62,746 nucleotides of DNA from an uncultured Bifidobacteriaceae bacterium (GTDB taxonomy: Bacteria; Acidobacteriota; Vicinamibacteria; Vicinamibacterales; JAMQPK01), in contig CAYHHH010000009.1 of assembly GCA_964356125.1 (NCBI GenBank), positions 1 to 62,746 on the forward strand. Reading direction: 5' to 3'. Within the stretch, counting starts at the first letter, position 1. Each line of letters starts with the position of its first letter. The position numbers were made by a program, and so were the translations under genes. This document shows, piece by piece, positions 9,261 to 19,097 of the stretch. The notes below the pieces were generated by a model, which was not told the origin of the DNA, ran no database searches, and was given only the letters and a program-made list of their open reading frames with translations.

Positions 9261-9588
9261 CTGCGCGCGGTGCGGAATGCTGATCTCGAGCGACGCGAAC
9301 GCCGCGCAGTCGCAGACCGACGGTCAGCCGACGCGGTTCTTCGACGACATCGGATGCCTGGCGGCTGAGCCCGCCGCGCAGGCTGACACCACGCGTCGAT
9401 ACGTGCGCCTCGCATCGGGCGGCTGGGCCACGACCGACGCCGCGTGGTTCGCACGATCGCTCACCGCGAGAACGCCGATGGACTACGGCGTGCTCGCTTT
9501 CGCAACCGCAGATGAGGCGCGAGCCGCCGATCGCGATCGACAGGCGCACCAATGGCCGGCGATCGTCGCGCTCGCGAAATCCCGATGA
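9157..9588 (+). CDS. nosL: Copper chaperone lipoprotein NosL
   Basis: ATG 9157 follows a GGAGG RBS. Lipobox LMASCG. Conserved CARCGM motif and ...FDDIGC... as in NosL. Confidence 0.85.
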   Translation: MMKSRVLTASIAVWLMASCGAARPGPEPIPLDRANCARCGMLISSDANAAQSQTDGQPTRFFDDIGCLAAEPAAQADTTRRYVRLASGGWATTDAAWFARSLTARTPMDYGVLAFATADEARAADRDRQAHQWPAIVALAKSR

Positions 9589-10409
9589 CCAGCCCCTTGA
9601 TGACGATCGCACGCATGGAATTCACGGCCACAGGACGCGTCTGGTGGATTCGCCTGCTGACCGTCGCGTACGCGCTGCTGAGCGTCGCGATGGCATACGC
9701 ATCGGGCGTCATCGGCGAGACAGAACGCGGTGAAGCGTTCGCGCGGCTCACCGTCGCCGTGCTTCCGCTCGCGCTGACCCTCGTGCCGTTGGCTGCACTG
9801 CTGATCGGTGTGACCGGCGCCGCGGCCGACGATGCGACCGGCTTCCTGTTGTCGCAACCGGTGTCGCGTCTGCAACACCTGGCCGGCACGTGGCTCGGCC
9901 AGGCCGCCGCCCTGTCCTTCTCAGTGATTGCGGGTTTCGGAACGGGCGGGGTGATCGTGTCGCTGATTTCCCGCGCAAGCGACTTTGGCAGGTTTGGCGT
10001 CCTCGTTGCGGCGTGCCTCCTCGCGGCCCTCGCCTTTCTCTCGATTGCCACGCTAATCGTCGCGGCCGTGCGTCACCGAAGCGCCGCGTTGGGCCTCGCC
10101 GCGTTCATCTGGTTCGTCGCGGTCATCCTGTACGACGCAGCGATGCTGTCGATTGCGGTCTGGGCGACAGGGGTGAACGGCGCCCGCGTGTTGTTCGTGT
10201 CGGTGTTCGGCAACGTGGTGGATCTCGTGCGCGTGCCGACTCTGCTGCTGGCAGGGACGCCGCACGTGCTGGGCGCCGCGGGTGAGAGCTGGCTGCGCGC
10301 GCTTGGTGGTCCAGAGCCGGCCGCGCTGCTGTCAGTCTCTGTCCTGGCGGCGTGGATCCTGGCTCCTCTCGCACTGGCCCTGAAAATTCATTCGGTCCGG
10401 GACGTATAA
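9585..10409 (+). CDS. nosY: ABC-2 type permease NosY
   Basis: ATG 9585 (ATGA overlap with the nosL stop). Six hydrophobic segments. Context with nosD/F/L. Confidence 0.85.
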   Translation: MTSPLMTIARMEFTATGRVWWIRLLTVAYALLSVAMAYASGVIGETERGEAFARLTVAVLPLALTLVPLAALLIGVTGAAADDATGFLLSQPVSRLQHLAGTWLGQAAALSFSVIAGFGTGGVIVSLISRASDFGRFGVLVAACLLAALAFLSIATLIVAAVRHRSAALGLAAFIWFVAVILYDAAMLSIAVWATGVNGARVLFVSVFGNVVDLVRVPTLLLAGTPHVLGAAGESWLRALGGPEPAALLSVSVLAAWILAPLALALKIHSVRDV

Positions 10410-10430
10410 GAGGCGGCGATCGGCTGGCAT

Positions 10431-10748
10431 ATGATGAGCGGCGTGGCCACTACCGCCGCCGTCGCCGAAGCCGTGCGCACGGTGATCGATCCGGAGTTGG
10501 GCATCAATCTGGTCGATCTCGGCCTGGTGTATCAGATCGTCACCGCGCCCGATCGCGTCCGCATCGTGCTCACGATGACGAGCCCCGCCTGTCCCTTGAG
10601 CGAGTACATAAAGAAGCTGGTCAATCAGGCGGTGCATGCGACAGTGACCGATGCGGGCGAAGTGGAGGTCTCGATCGTGCTGGATCCACCGTGGTCGCCC
10701 GAGATGATGTCGGCCGAGGCGCGTCGTGAGCTCAACCTCGATCTCTAA
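10431..10748 (+). CDS. DUF59/MIP18-family metal-sulfur cluster assembly factor (SufT/PaaD-like)
   Basis: Signature VIDPELGINLVDLGLVY...LTMTSPACPL... Confidence 0.85.
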   Translation: MMSGVATTAAVAEAVRTVIDPELGINLVDLGLVYQIVTAPDRVRIVLTMTSPACPLSEYIKKLVNQAVHATVTDAGEVEVSIVLDPPWSPEMMSAEARRELNLDL

Positions 10749-11829
10749 CAACCCCAGGAACGTCCGCCCACGGCTTCCGATGCTGGCCGCCGGCATGCTG
10801 TCGATGGCCTATGGCACGTGGCTCGGACTCGTGCGCATCGGATGGAACCTGCCACTGCCCTCGCCTGACGATTTGATCGGCCACGGACCGCTGATGGTGT
10901 GCGGATTCCTGGGCACGCTGATCAGCCTGGAGCGCGCGGTCGCGCTCGGGTCGCCGTGGGGATACGCCGCGCCGGCCGCGGTTGCTGCAGGCACGCTGAG
11001 TCTGATTATCGGAGGGCCTCCCTCTATCGCGCCTGCGCTCGTCACCCTCGGCAGCGGCGTGCTCGTCGCCATCTACGTCGCAGTATGGTTACGGCAGCCC
11101 TCCCTCTTCATCGCCACAATGGGCATCGGCGCCACGATGTGGCTGGGCGGCAACCTTCGCTGGCTGACAGGCGCAGCGATCCTGCGCGTCGCCATGTGGT
11201 GGCTGGCATTCCTCGTGCTGACGATCGCCGGTGAACGCCTCGAGCTGAACCGCGTGCTGCGTCCAACGCCGCTGGTGCGCTCTGCATTCATCCTGTCGGT
11301 ATCGGGCATCATTGGCGGCGTTGCGGCAACCATACGATGGCCGGAGATGGGGGTGCGCCTTGTCGGCGCCGGGCTGATTGCACTGGCGATGTGGCTGTTC
11401 CTCAACGACGTCGCTCGACGCACCGTGCGGCAGAGCGGCCTTACGAGGTTCATCGCCGTCTGCCTGCTGGCCGGCTACGGGTGGATGATGGTTGGAGGGA
11501 TTATCGCGATCGTCAGCGGCACCTCGACCACGGGGCCGGTCTACGATGCGCTGCTCCACTCGATATTTCTGGGCTTCGTGATATCGATGGTCTTCGGCCA
11601 TGCGCCGATCATCTTCCCGGCGATCGTCGGCATACCTGTGCCGTATCGTCCGGCGTTCTTTCTCCATGTCGGGTTGCTGCACGCGTCGGTTCTGCTGAGG
11701 ATCGTGGGCGATCTTGTCGACGTGCTCGGTCGCTGGCGTGTCTGGGGCGGTCTGCTCAGTGCGATCGCGCTGTCGATATTCGTTGTCAACACCGTTCGCG
11801 CCGTCGCCTCGCACCCGCGGCGGATCTGA
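10726..11829 (+). CDS. Polytopic membrane protein (about 10-12 TM), possibly NnrS-like; function unknown
   Basis: Very hydrophobic throughout. Conserved-looking His/Glu positions (HGPLMVCGFLGTLISLERAV, IAGERLELNR, LLHSIFLGFVISMVFGHAPIIFP). Last gene of the ric-nos operon. The start could be 10726 or 10780. Confidence 0.5.
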   Translation: MSSTSISNNPRNVRPRLPMLAAGMLSMAYGTWLGLVRIGWNLPLPSPDDLIGHGPLMVCGFLGTLISLERAVALGSPWGYAAPAAVAAGTLSLIIGGPPSIAPALVTLGSGVLVAIYVAVWLRQPSLFIATMGIGATMWLGGNLRWLTGAAILRVAMWWLAFLVLTIAGERLELNRVLRPTPLVRSAFILSVSGIIGGVAATIRWPEMGVRLVGAGLIALAMWLFLNDVARRTVRQSGLTRFIAVCLLAGYGWMMVGGIIAIVSGTSTTGPVYDALLHSIFLGFVISMVFGHAPIIFPAIVGIPVPYRPAFFLHVGLLHASVLLRIVGDLVDVLGRWRVWGGLLSAIALSIFVVNTVRAVASHPRRI

Positions 11830-11848
11830 CGGCCGCCATACAGGACTG

Positions 11849-12565
11849 CTACGAACGACCGCGCAAGTTCCTGGCCGCAGCGGGTGCTGGTCCGTGCCAG
11901 CGCACAACCTGCGGCTTGCGCCACAGGTACGGATTCGGGATCACCAGAATGTGCACGAGCCGCGTGAACGGGAACACCGCGACGATGAGGAACGCGTTGA
12001 TGATGTGAAACTTGATCGGCCAGGGAAGAGCCGCGACGAGCGCCACGTCCGGATGCAGCCGCACGATCGACCAGAGGTACGGCGCGCCAAGGGCCGCATA
12101 CCACGACGATCCCCACGGATACAGCACCGCGATCAACACTCCGCCGCCGACTTGCGCCATCAGGAGTGCGAGTATGAGCCAGTCGCCGGCACTGGTAACC
12201 GTCCGTAACCTGCCGTTCGTGGCCCGCCGGCCGATCAACGCCGCAAGCCCGATCGCGGTCAGCATGCCGAACACCAGTGCCGTAACCTCCAGCACGTACA
12301 GTCGCAGCGGTCTGCTGTTCCAGGCGAGCACGGTGCGCGGAATCAGCAGCCCGACGACGTGGCCCGCGAGCACGACGAGGATTCCGTAATGAAACGGAAC
12401 CATCCCCCAGAAATGCTGCCGGTTCTCCAGGAACTGGGACGAGAGGCTCGAATAGGTGAACGAGCGCTCGATATAGCGCTGGATGGTCAGAATGAAAAAT
12501 ACGGCGAACGCGACGTACGGGAGCGTGCCGAACAAAAGAATATCGATGGCTGCTGCGCTAAGCAT
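11849..12565 (-). CDS. narI: Respiratory nitrate reductase gamma subunit (dihaem b)
   Basis: ORF trimmed to ATG 12565. Five TM segments, with His ligand contexts HFWGMVPFHYG and KFHIINAFLIVAVFPFTRLVH typical of NarI. Confidence 0.9.
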   Translation of the reverse strand: MLSAAAIDILLFGTLPYVAFAVFFILTIQRYIERSFTYSSLSSQFLENRQHFWGMVPFHYGILVVLAGHVVGLLIPRTVLAWNSRPLRLYVLEVTALVFGMLTAIGLAALIGRRATNGRLRTVTSAGDWLILALLMAQVGGGVLIAVLYPWGSSWYAALGAPYLWSIVRLHPDVALVAALPWPIKFHIINAFLIVAVFPFTRLVHILVIPNPYLWRKPQVVRWHGPAPAAARNLRGRS

Positions 12566-13064
12566 GAACGCTCTCCTGGATCGCACGCATCAGATGACGG
12601 AACGGGGTTCCGGCGGCATCGAGTGCTGCGGCCATCTTCGCGAGCGCTGCGTGCAGCTCCTCCCGTGCCAGCGGCATGGCGTCCGACGGCAGACCCGCCG
12701 CAAGCTGCAGCACGTAGCTCAGATGGTCGGGCAGCTCGGTCGCCTCCTCGATGCCGTGCCTCTCGAGCGCGTGCCTCATTCGCACCAGAAATGCTCCTCG
12801 CTCGTACTGCTCGCCGAAGAGGTGCCATCCAAGCTCCAGCGGGCACACAGGGTTGAGGTCGAACGCGCGGGTGTAGAGCTCCTGCAGCTGCCCGAGCGAC
12901 AGGTTTTCGACTGCTGTCGCAAATGCATCGATGGCCTGTGCGGCCTGCGGCGACACGCTGGCCAGCTCATCGGCCGCGGCGAGCAGCGTCGTCCGGTACT
13001 CGCGGCTCGGATAGGTGACCAAATCGGCCAGCAGCGTGCAGGCGTGATGCCGGGCTGTCGTCAA
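12558..13064 (-). CDS. narJ: Nitrate reductase molybdenum cofactor assembly chaperone
   Basis: TTG start at 13064 overlaps the narH TGA (TTGA) and follows GAGGAGGGG. Sequence ...LYTRAFDLNPVCPLELGWHLFGEQYERGAFLV...LPDHLSYVLQL matches the NarJ/TorD fold signature. Position between narH and narI. Confidence 0.85.
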   Translation of the reverse strand: MTTARHHACTLLADLVTYPSREYRTTLLAAADELASVSPQAAQAIDAFATAVENLSLGQLQELYTRAFDLNPVCPLELGWHLFGEQYERGAFLVRMRHALERHGIEEATELPDHLSYVLQLAAGLPSDAMPLAREELHAALAKMAAALDAAGTPFRHLMRAIQESVHA

Positions 13065-14551
13065 ATTCCCCTCCTCGGTCCCTGCAGAAACCCGAAGCCC
13101 GCCTGCTGTTTGTGTTCGAGCGGATCCTCCAGCATCTGAATCGCTTCTTCCCGGTGCGCGGGCGGCACCACGAAACGATCGTCGAACGTGCACAGCGACG
13201 TCAGGCGATAAATGGCTTCCGCCTCGACAGGCGAGCAGTCGGCTTCCTTCAGCATCCGCTCCGCGGCATCCATCGGCACGTCGCCGACGGTGACCGCGCG
13301 GCGGTACCACCGCACCGCTTTCTGTTTGCGCAGCGCGTAGCGCACGCCGTCTTCGTGGCCGGCGCCGAACAGGCTCGCGAGAAACGCCATCGGCACACGC
13401 GCCTGCTCGATGTCGTGAAACAGATCGTCTGAGACCCCGTCGACCCCGTGTACGGTGCTCTGCGCCATCACCGGTGACATCGGCGGCACGTAAAACAGCA
13501 TCGGCAGCGTGCGGTACTCGATGTGGGGCGGCAGCGCCACTTTCCAGACCTTCACGAACTGATAGACAGGCGACCTCTGCGCTGACAGGATGACGTCATC
13601 GTGGATGCCGTTGACGCGCGCAGCGGCGATCACCTCGGGATCGTTCGGGTCGAGCACGAGCGACCGGTGTCCCTCTACCAGCTCGGCGTCCGGCATTTTG
13701 GCCACCTCTTCGATGCGCGCCGCGTCGTACAGCAGCACACCGAGGTACCGGATTCGGCCGACACAGGAATGGAAGCACGCTGGCGCCTGCCCCGTTTCCA
13801 GGCGCGGGTAGCAGAGGATGCATTTCTCGGACTTGCCCGTCTGCCAGTTGTAGAACACTTTCTTGTACGGGCACGCCGCAATGCACGCGCGCCACGCGCG
13901 GCAGCGGTTCTGATCGACCAGCACGATGCCGTCTTCGCCGCGCTTGTACAGCGCGCCTGACGGACAGGCGGCGACGCACGACGGGTTCAGACAGTGGTTG
14001 CAGATGCGGGGGAAGTAGAACATCACGAGGCGCTCAACCGCGAACAACTGCTGGCGCTGCTCCTCGGTGAGGCCGTCGAGGTTCTTGTCGTTCTCCGCGT
14101 AAATCGGCGACCCCGCCAGGTCGTCGTCCCAATTCGGCCCCGATGTGATCTCGATCGGCTGCCCGGTCACCATCGAGATCGGCCGCGCGGTCGGCTGATC
14201 GTCGCCAGCCGGCGCGTTGAAGAGGTTCTGGTAATCGTAGGTCCACGGCTCGTAATAGTCCTCCATCGACGGAAGCCGCGGCGTATGGAAGATGTTGGCC
14301 ACGATCTGCGCCTTGCTGGTGGAGCGCATCTTCAGCTCTCCGTCTTCCACTTTCCACCCGCCGCGGTACTTGTCCTGGTCTTCCCACCGCTTTGGATAGC
14401 CGGTCCCCGGCTTGGTCTCCACGTTGTTCCACCACATGTATTCGGTGCCTTTGCGATCGGTCCAGATGTTCTTGCAGGCGACGCTGCAGGTATGGCACCC
14501 GATGCACTTGTCGAGATGAAACACCATTGAAATCTGCGATCGCACGTCCAT
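13061..14551 (-). CDS. narH: Respiratory nitrate reductase beta subunit (4 Fe-S clusters)
   Basis: MDVRSQISMVFHLDKCIGCHTCSVACKNIWT is nearly identical in pattern to the enterobacterial NarH N-terminus. The other Cys groups are CNHCLNPSCVAACP, CRAWRACIAACPY and CILCYPR...CFHSCVGRIRY. Confidence 0.95.
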   Translation of the reverse strand: MDVRSQISMVFHLDKCIGCHTCSVACKNIWTDRKGTEYMWWNNVETKPGTGYPKRWEDQDKYRGGWKVEDGELKMRSTSKAQIVANIFHTPRLPSMEDYYEPWTYDYQNLFNAPAGDDQPTARPISMVTGQPIEITSGPNWDDDLAGSPIYAENDKNLDGLTEEQRQQLFAVERLVMFYFPRICNHCLNPSCVAACPSGALYKRGEDGIVLVDQNRCRAWRACIAACPYKKVFYNWQTGKSEKCILCYPRLETGQAPACFHSCVGRIRYLGVLLYDAARIEEVAKMPDAELVEGHRSLVLDPNDPEVIAAARVNGIHDDVILSAQRSPVYQFVKVWKVALPPHIEYRTLPMLFYVPPMSPVMAQSTVHGVDGVSDDLFHDIEQARVPMAFLASLFGAGHEDGVRYALRKQKAVRWYRRAVTVGDVPMDAAERMLKEADCSPVEAEAIYRLTSLCTFDDRFVVPPAHREEAIQMLEDPLEHKQQAGFGFLQGPRRGI

Positions 14552-14562
14552 CCGGCCCCCCG

Positions 14563-17500
14563 TTACCATTTCAGCTCCGCCAGTTTCCGCACCAGAACGT
14601 GCGTGTCCCGGTTGCAGCCGACGGGGCCCCAGTAGTTGAAGTGATAGGTGAACTGGCCGTACCCGCCAATCATGAGGTTCGGCTTCAGCCTCGTTCGCGT
14701 GAGGCTGTTATGGCCGCCGGCCCGGCGGCCGCCGCGCAGCGGCGACTTCGGCACGCTGATCGTCCGCTCCGGCGCGTGATACTGAATGCCGATGCCACGC
14801 GGTATCCGCGCGCTGACGACGGCGCGGGTCACCACGACACCGTTATCGTTAAAAATCTCCACCCAGTCGTTGTCTTTCACGCCAATCTCGTCGGCGTCGC
14901 GCTCGTTCATCCAGAACGGCTCGACGCCTCTGGAGAGCGTCGACATCCGCGGGTTGTCGCTGTAGGTCGAGTGGATCTGCCACTTGCCGTGCGGTGTCAT
15001 GTAGTTCAACAGCAACCCCGGCGCATCGCGTTCGGTAAAATTCAGGTCCCACGATCGCGCAATCAACGGCTTGGGCTTGTAGGTGGGCAGATGCTCGCCG
15101 AACTCCAGATAGGCCGGATGGTCGAGATAGAAGTGCTGGCGTCCGGTCAGCGTGCGCCACGGCACGAGACACTCGAGGTTGTAGGTGAACGGAGAGTAGG
15201 CGCGGCCGTTTTCCGTGAGACCCGACCACATCGGGCTGTTCAGCAGACGCTGCGGTCGTGCCTGCAGCCCCTCGTAGCTCGCGCGCACACCGCGATTCTT
15301 CTCGGCCAGATGCGCGAGCGGCCTCCCAACCTTCTCTTCCATGTTCTTGTACGAGCGATAGGCCAGCTCGCCGTTGGTGACCGTCGCGAAACGGAGAATC
15401 ATCTCGCACGCCTCCTCGTCTCTTTCGATCGAGGGGTAGACGGCGCCGTTCCACGTCACGGTCGGATGGTTCCGCAGCGTTTCGTCGTACAAATCGTCGA
15501 CGGCATAACTGGTGCCGTGCGCGCCAAGGCCGTTGGCGCGGACCAGCGGCCCGAACGAAATGAATTGCCGGTGCACGTTCTTGTAGTCACGCGTGACCAC
15601 CCGAAGACCCGGCATCGTCTTCCCGGGTATCGCCGGCACCTCGCCGGTCCGCCAGTCCGCGATCGACGGTTGAGCGATCTCGGCGGCAGAATCGTGGGCG
15701 AGCGGCGCGGCGACGATGTCACGGACAGGGTCTGGCAGGTGCGTCGCGGCCAACGTCGAAAACCGCTCGGCTATCGCGCGGAAGATCTGCCAGTCGCTCT
15801 TCGACTCCCAGCACGGAGGTACGGCGGCCGACAGCGGATGGATGAAGCTGTGCATGTCGGTCGAGTTGAGATCCGCTTTCTCGTACCATGTGGCGGCGGG
15901 GAGGACGATGTCCGAGTACAGCGCAGAGGTGTCCATCCTGAAGTTCAGATCGACAACCAGGTCCATCTTCCCTTCCGGCGCATGCTCGTGCCACACGACC
16001 TCATGAGCCGTATCGCGGGCCAGGGGCTCGGCGACGGAGTTGTTGTGCGTCCCGAGGTAGTGCTTCAGGAAGAACTCGTGTCCCTTCGCGCTCGCCATGA
16101 GCGCGTTCCCCCGCCAGATGAACCACACGCGCGGCCAGTTCTCAGGCGCATCAGGATCGTCGATGGAGAACTTCAGCCGCCCGGCCTTGAGCTCACCGAC
16201 GGTGTAATCAACGATCGCTGCGGGCGTATCGGCGCCGGCCTGAACGGCCGCATCGGCCACGGCGAGCGGGCTGCGATCGAACTGCGGAAAGAATGGAAGC
16301 CATCCCGAGCGCACGGCCTGCGCCTGGACGGCCATGGTGTGCCCGCGGCGAATGCCCTCGCGCCCGTTCGCGGCGGGCATCGTGTTGTAGTCGGTGTAGG
16401 CGCCTTCGTATCGCCACTGGTCGGTGTGCACGTAGTGAAAGCTCGGCGAGTTCTGGAGCCGCGGCGCGGGATACCAGTCGCGCGCGAAGGCGATGGCACC
16501 CCACGGCTCGGCCGGGGCCAGCTTTTCCTGGCCGACATAGTGGCCCAGTCCGCCGCCGTTGACACCGACGCAGCCGGAGAACATCAGCGCGTGAATGGCG
16601 GCGCGATACATCAGGTTGCTGTGGTACCAGTGGTTCACGCCGGCGCCGATGATGATCAGGCACTTCCCGCCCGTCCGCTCGGCCGTCGAGCCCCATTCCC
16701 GCGCAAAACGCAACAACGTGTCGCTGCCGATGCCGGTGTACTTCTCCGCCCACGCGGGCGTGTAGGGCGCGTCGTCTGTGTAATCGCTGGGATACTCACC
16801 GCCAAGCCCGCGAGCCACGCCGTACTGCGCCATCAACAGGTCGTACGCGGTGGTCACCAGCACCGTCGTGCCATCCGCCATCTGGAGACGGCGAGCAGGC
16901 ACGGAGCGGGTTATCACGTCGCTCTGCGCAAAGTCGTCGAGCGTCACCGGAATCGCTTCGTCGTGACGTTCGAGGAAGCTCAGTACGGGGTCGATCGCCG
17001 CACCGGTGACGCCATCCTTCAACTCGAGATTCCATTTGCCTTTTTCCGCGCCCCACCGGAATCCCGAGCTGCCCATCGGCATCAACGGCTGTTCGGTCGT
17101 GGCGTCCCACATCAGGAATTTCCACTCGCCGTGCTCGGCGTCGCGGTACTTGGCGAGCCGGCCGGCGCGGAGCAGTTGGCCCGGCCGGTAGGCCGCGCCG
17201 TCCTGACACAGTTCGACCAGAAATGGTGCGTCGGTGTACCGCTTGCAGTAGTCGAGGAAGTACGGCACGCGCCGCTCGTGATGAAATTCCTTGAGCAGCA
17301 CATGATTGACGGCCATCCACCAGGCGCCGTCCTGGCCGGCGTTGACCGCCACCCACTCGTCGGCGAACTTGGCGACCTGGCTGAAATCGGGTGTGAACAC
17401 CCACATCTTCGAGCCGTTGTGGCGCGCCTCCGCCGCAAAATGGCAATCGGGCGTACGCGTCATGCCGAGGTTGGAGCCGGCCACCGCCAGCAGCTTCGCG

Positions 17501-18213
17501 TTGTACCAGTCGGCCGACTCGTGCACGTCGGTCTGCTCACCCCAGGTCTCGGGCGATGCCGGCGGCAGGTCGCAGTACCAGTCGTAAAACGACATCGAGA
17601 CGCCGCCGATCAGTTGAAGGTAGCGCGCGCCGGCGGCGTAGCTGATCATCGACATCGCCGGAATCGGCGAGAAGCCCGCGATTCGATCGGGACCCCATTT
17701 CTTGATCGTGTAGATGTTGGCTGCCGCGATCAGATCGAGCGCCGTGTCCCAGTCAGCGCGCCGGAATCCGCCCTTGCCGCGCGCCTGCTGCCAGCTCCGT
17801 CGTGCGTCGGGGTTCTCCACGAGCGACGCCCACGCCTGCACCGGGTCGCCCGTCGCCGCCACGGCATCGTTCCACAGATCCAGCAGCGCCCCGCGGATGT
17901 ACGGGTATTTCACGCGGAGCGGACTGTAGAGATACCAGGAAAAGGAAATTCCGCGCTGGCAACCGCGCGGCTCGTAAGGAGGCAGGCCCGCTTCGAGCGA
18001 GGGATAATCGAGCCCCTGCATCTCCCAGGTGACGATGCCGTTCTTGACGTAGATCTGCCAGCTGCAGCTGCCGGTGCAGTTCACACCGTGCGTACTGCGG
18101 ACGATTTTGTCGTGCTGCCAGCGGTTACGATAAAACTCTTCCCAACTGCGCGAGGCGGGATCCCGTTCGTCACGGATCCACGCAAGCACTTTCCCGTTGC
18201 CATTGTGTGTCAT
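14563..18213 (-). CDS. narG: Respiratory nitrate reductase alpha subunit (cytoplasm-facing; no Tat motif)
   Basis: ATG 18213 (ATGA overlap with the narC stop). FS0 motif [11 protein letters not shown]. Length 1216 aa. Collinear NarG-like sequence throughout. Confidence 0.95.
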   Translation of the reverse strand: MTHNGNGKVLAWIRDERDPASRSWEEFYRNRWQHDKIVRSTHGVNCTGSCSWQIYVKNGIVTWEMQGLDYPSLEAGLPPYEPRGCQRGISFSWYLYSPLRVKYPYIRGALLDLWNDAVAATGDPVQAWASLVENPDARRSWQQARGKGGFRRADWDTALDLIAAANIYTIKKWGPDRIAGFSPIPAMSMISYAAGARYLQLIGGVSMSFYDWYCDLPPASPETWGEQTDVHESADWYNAKLLAVAGSNLGMTRTPDCHFAAEARHNGSKMWVFTPDFSQVAKFADEWVAVNAGQDGAWWMAVNHVLLKEFHHERRVPYFLDYCKRYTDAPFLVELCQDGAAYRPGQLLRAGRLAKYRDAEHGEWKFLMWDATTEQPLMPMGSSGFRWGAEKGKWNLELKDGVTGAAIDPVLSFLERHDEAIPVTLDDFAQSDVITRSVPARRLQMADGTTVLVTTAYDLLMAQYGVARGLGGEYPSDYTDDAPYTPAWAEKYTGIGSDTLLRFAREWGSTAERTGGKCLIIIGAGVNHWYHSNLMYRAAIHALMFSGCVGVNGGGLGHYVGQEKLAPAEPWGAIAFARDWYPAPRLQNSPSFHYVHTDQWRYEGAYTDYNTMPAANGREGIRRGHTMAVQAQAVRSGWLPFFPQFDRSPLAVADAAVQAGADTPAAIVDYTVGELKAGRLKFSIDDPDAPENWPRVWFIWRGNALMASAKGHEFFLKHYLGTHNNSVAEPLARDTAHEVVWHEHAPEGKMDLVVDLNFRMDTSALYSDIVLPAATWYEKADLNSTDMHSFIHPLSAAVPPCWESKSDWQIFRAIAERFSTLAATHLPDPVRDIVAAPLAHDSAAEIAQPSIADWRTGEVPAIPGKTMPGLRVVTRDYKNVHRQFISFGPLVRANGLGAHGTSYAVDDLYDETLRNHPTVTWNGAVYPSIERDEEACEMILRFATVTNGELAYRSYKNMEEKVGRPLAHLAEKNRGVRASYEGLQARPQRLLNSPMWSGLTENGRAYSPFTYNLECLVPWRTLTGRQHFYLDHPAYLEFGEHLPTYKPKPLIARSWDLNFTERDAPGLLLNYMTPHGKWQIHSTYSDNPRMSTLSRGVEPFWMNERDADEIGVKDNDWVEIFNDNGVVVTRAVVSARIPRGIGIQYHAPERTISVPKSPLRGGRRAGGHNSLTRTRLKPNLMIGGYGQFTYHFNYWGPVGCNRDTHVLVRKLAELKW

Positions 18214-19031
18214 GAGTGACCCCGCCGACTCAGGCGGCCCTTCCACGTCCGATCGAACGCAATCAGGCCAAGGATCGCGCCGAGAAATCCGGACATCAGA
18301 AACGCCGGAGACATCCGCCGCTGGCGATGCGAGTCCGTTGTGTTCGCATGTTCGAGAAACGCGACCAGCGCGCGCAGCTCAGCCGGCGCAAGCGGCTGCT
18401 CCCGGAAAATTTTCCGCATGACCGGCGTCGGCGGCGCCTTGAGCCAGGCCGTCGTGCCCGCCGGGCCTTTCATCTGTGCGAACACAAACGTCAAATCGGG
18501 ACCGAGCGTGCCGCCGCCGAGCAGCATGCCCGGGCCGGCCCGATGACACGCGTTGCACGCCACGCCGCCGCCCGACAGCCTCGACCGCCCTGTGAACAAC
18601 GCCTCACCGGCCGCAACGTCCTCCGGCGTGAACGGCGCGTCGTCAGCTTTGGATGGCGAACCTGCGTCGCCGCCCGATTGCCGATCGATGTAGAGAATCA
18701 GCTCGTCGAGCAGCTGCGGCGTGAGCCCTTCGGGCGTCGGCATCAATGCGTCTTCATACTTGTGGAGTATCTCGACGGCAATGGGATCGCCGGCATTCAC
18801 CATGGCTTCGGGATTGGCGATGAACCGGCGCAGCCAGTCGCGAGTGCGCAGCCGCGTCACCCCCTTCAGGTCGGGTCCGTTGACCTCCCCTTCTCCGATG
18901 GTGTGACAGGCCATGCAGTTCTCTTCGAAGTAACTGGCAACGTCCTGTGAGGCTGCGGACGCGGGAATCACGCAACAGACGATGGCGATCAGAGCGGATT
19001 GCCGCCTCGCGGATCGACCCGATTTCGTCAT
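18210..19031 (-). CDS. narC: Membrane-anchored periplasmic dihaem cytochrome c, first gene of the nar operon (Thermus NarC-like)
   Basis: Signal peptide. Two CxxCH motifs (CMACH, CNACH). C-terminal TM segment [19 protein letters not shown]. Translationally coupled to narG. Confidence 0.8.
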   Translation of the reverse strand: MTKSGRSARRQSALIAIVCCVIPASAASQDVASYFEENCMACHTIGEGEVNGPDLKGVTRLRTRDWLRRFIANPEAMVNAGDPIAVEILHKYEDALMPTPEGLTPQLLDELILYIDRQSGGDAGSPSKADDAPFTPEDVAAGEALFTGRSRLSGGGVACNACHRAGPGMLLGGGTLGPDLTFVFAQMKGPAGTTAWLKAPPTPVMRKIFREQPLAPAELRALVAFLEHANTTDSHRQRRMSPAFLMSGFLGAILGLIAFDRTWKGRLSRRGHS

Positions 19032-19063
19032 GGAGACAACTAGAACGCACTTCGACCGCGCGC

Positions 19064-19083
19064 GCTATGACGAGCGTCATAGC
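19064..19083. promoter_or_regulatory. Palindromic operator candidate GCTATGACG-AG-CGTCATAGC (core TATGAC-N4-GTCATA) upstream of narC
   Basis: Read directly from the sequence. The centre lies 42.5 nt upstream of the narC ATG (19031). No Shine-Dalgarno sequence is visible before that ATG. Confidence 0.7.
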
Positions 19084-19097
19084 ATGTCGCTCTTGGT

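Noticed and set aside
8274-9588. The 104-nt nosF/nosL overlap as evidence that nosF or nosL is a pseudogene or that a frameshift is present.
   Set aside because: All NosF ATPase motifs and the NosL lipobox/CxxCGM motif are intact. nosL has its own GGAGG RBS. A simple lost or late stop codon in nosF explains the overlap.
14392-18219. Very long plus-strand ORF (1275 aa) antisense to narG. Similar giants occur at 47851..50811 (antisense to the NXR-like alpha gene), 26016..28184, 31162..32856, 38779..40143, 40659..42263, 28489..30381, 59620..61176 and 75..1529.
   Set aside because: Their translations are Arg/Pro/Gly/Ala-rich with no recognisable motifs. This is the usual artefact of stop-poor antisense frames in GC-rich DNA. 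The opposite strand carries unmistakable enzyme signatures in each case.
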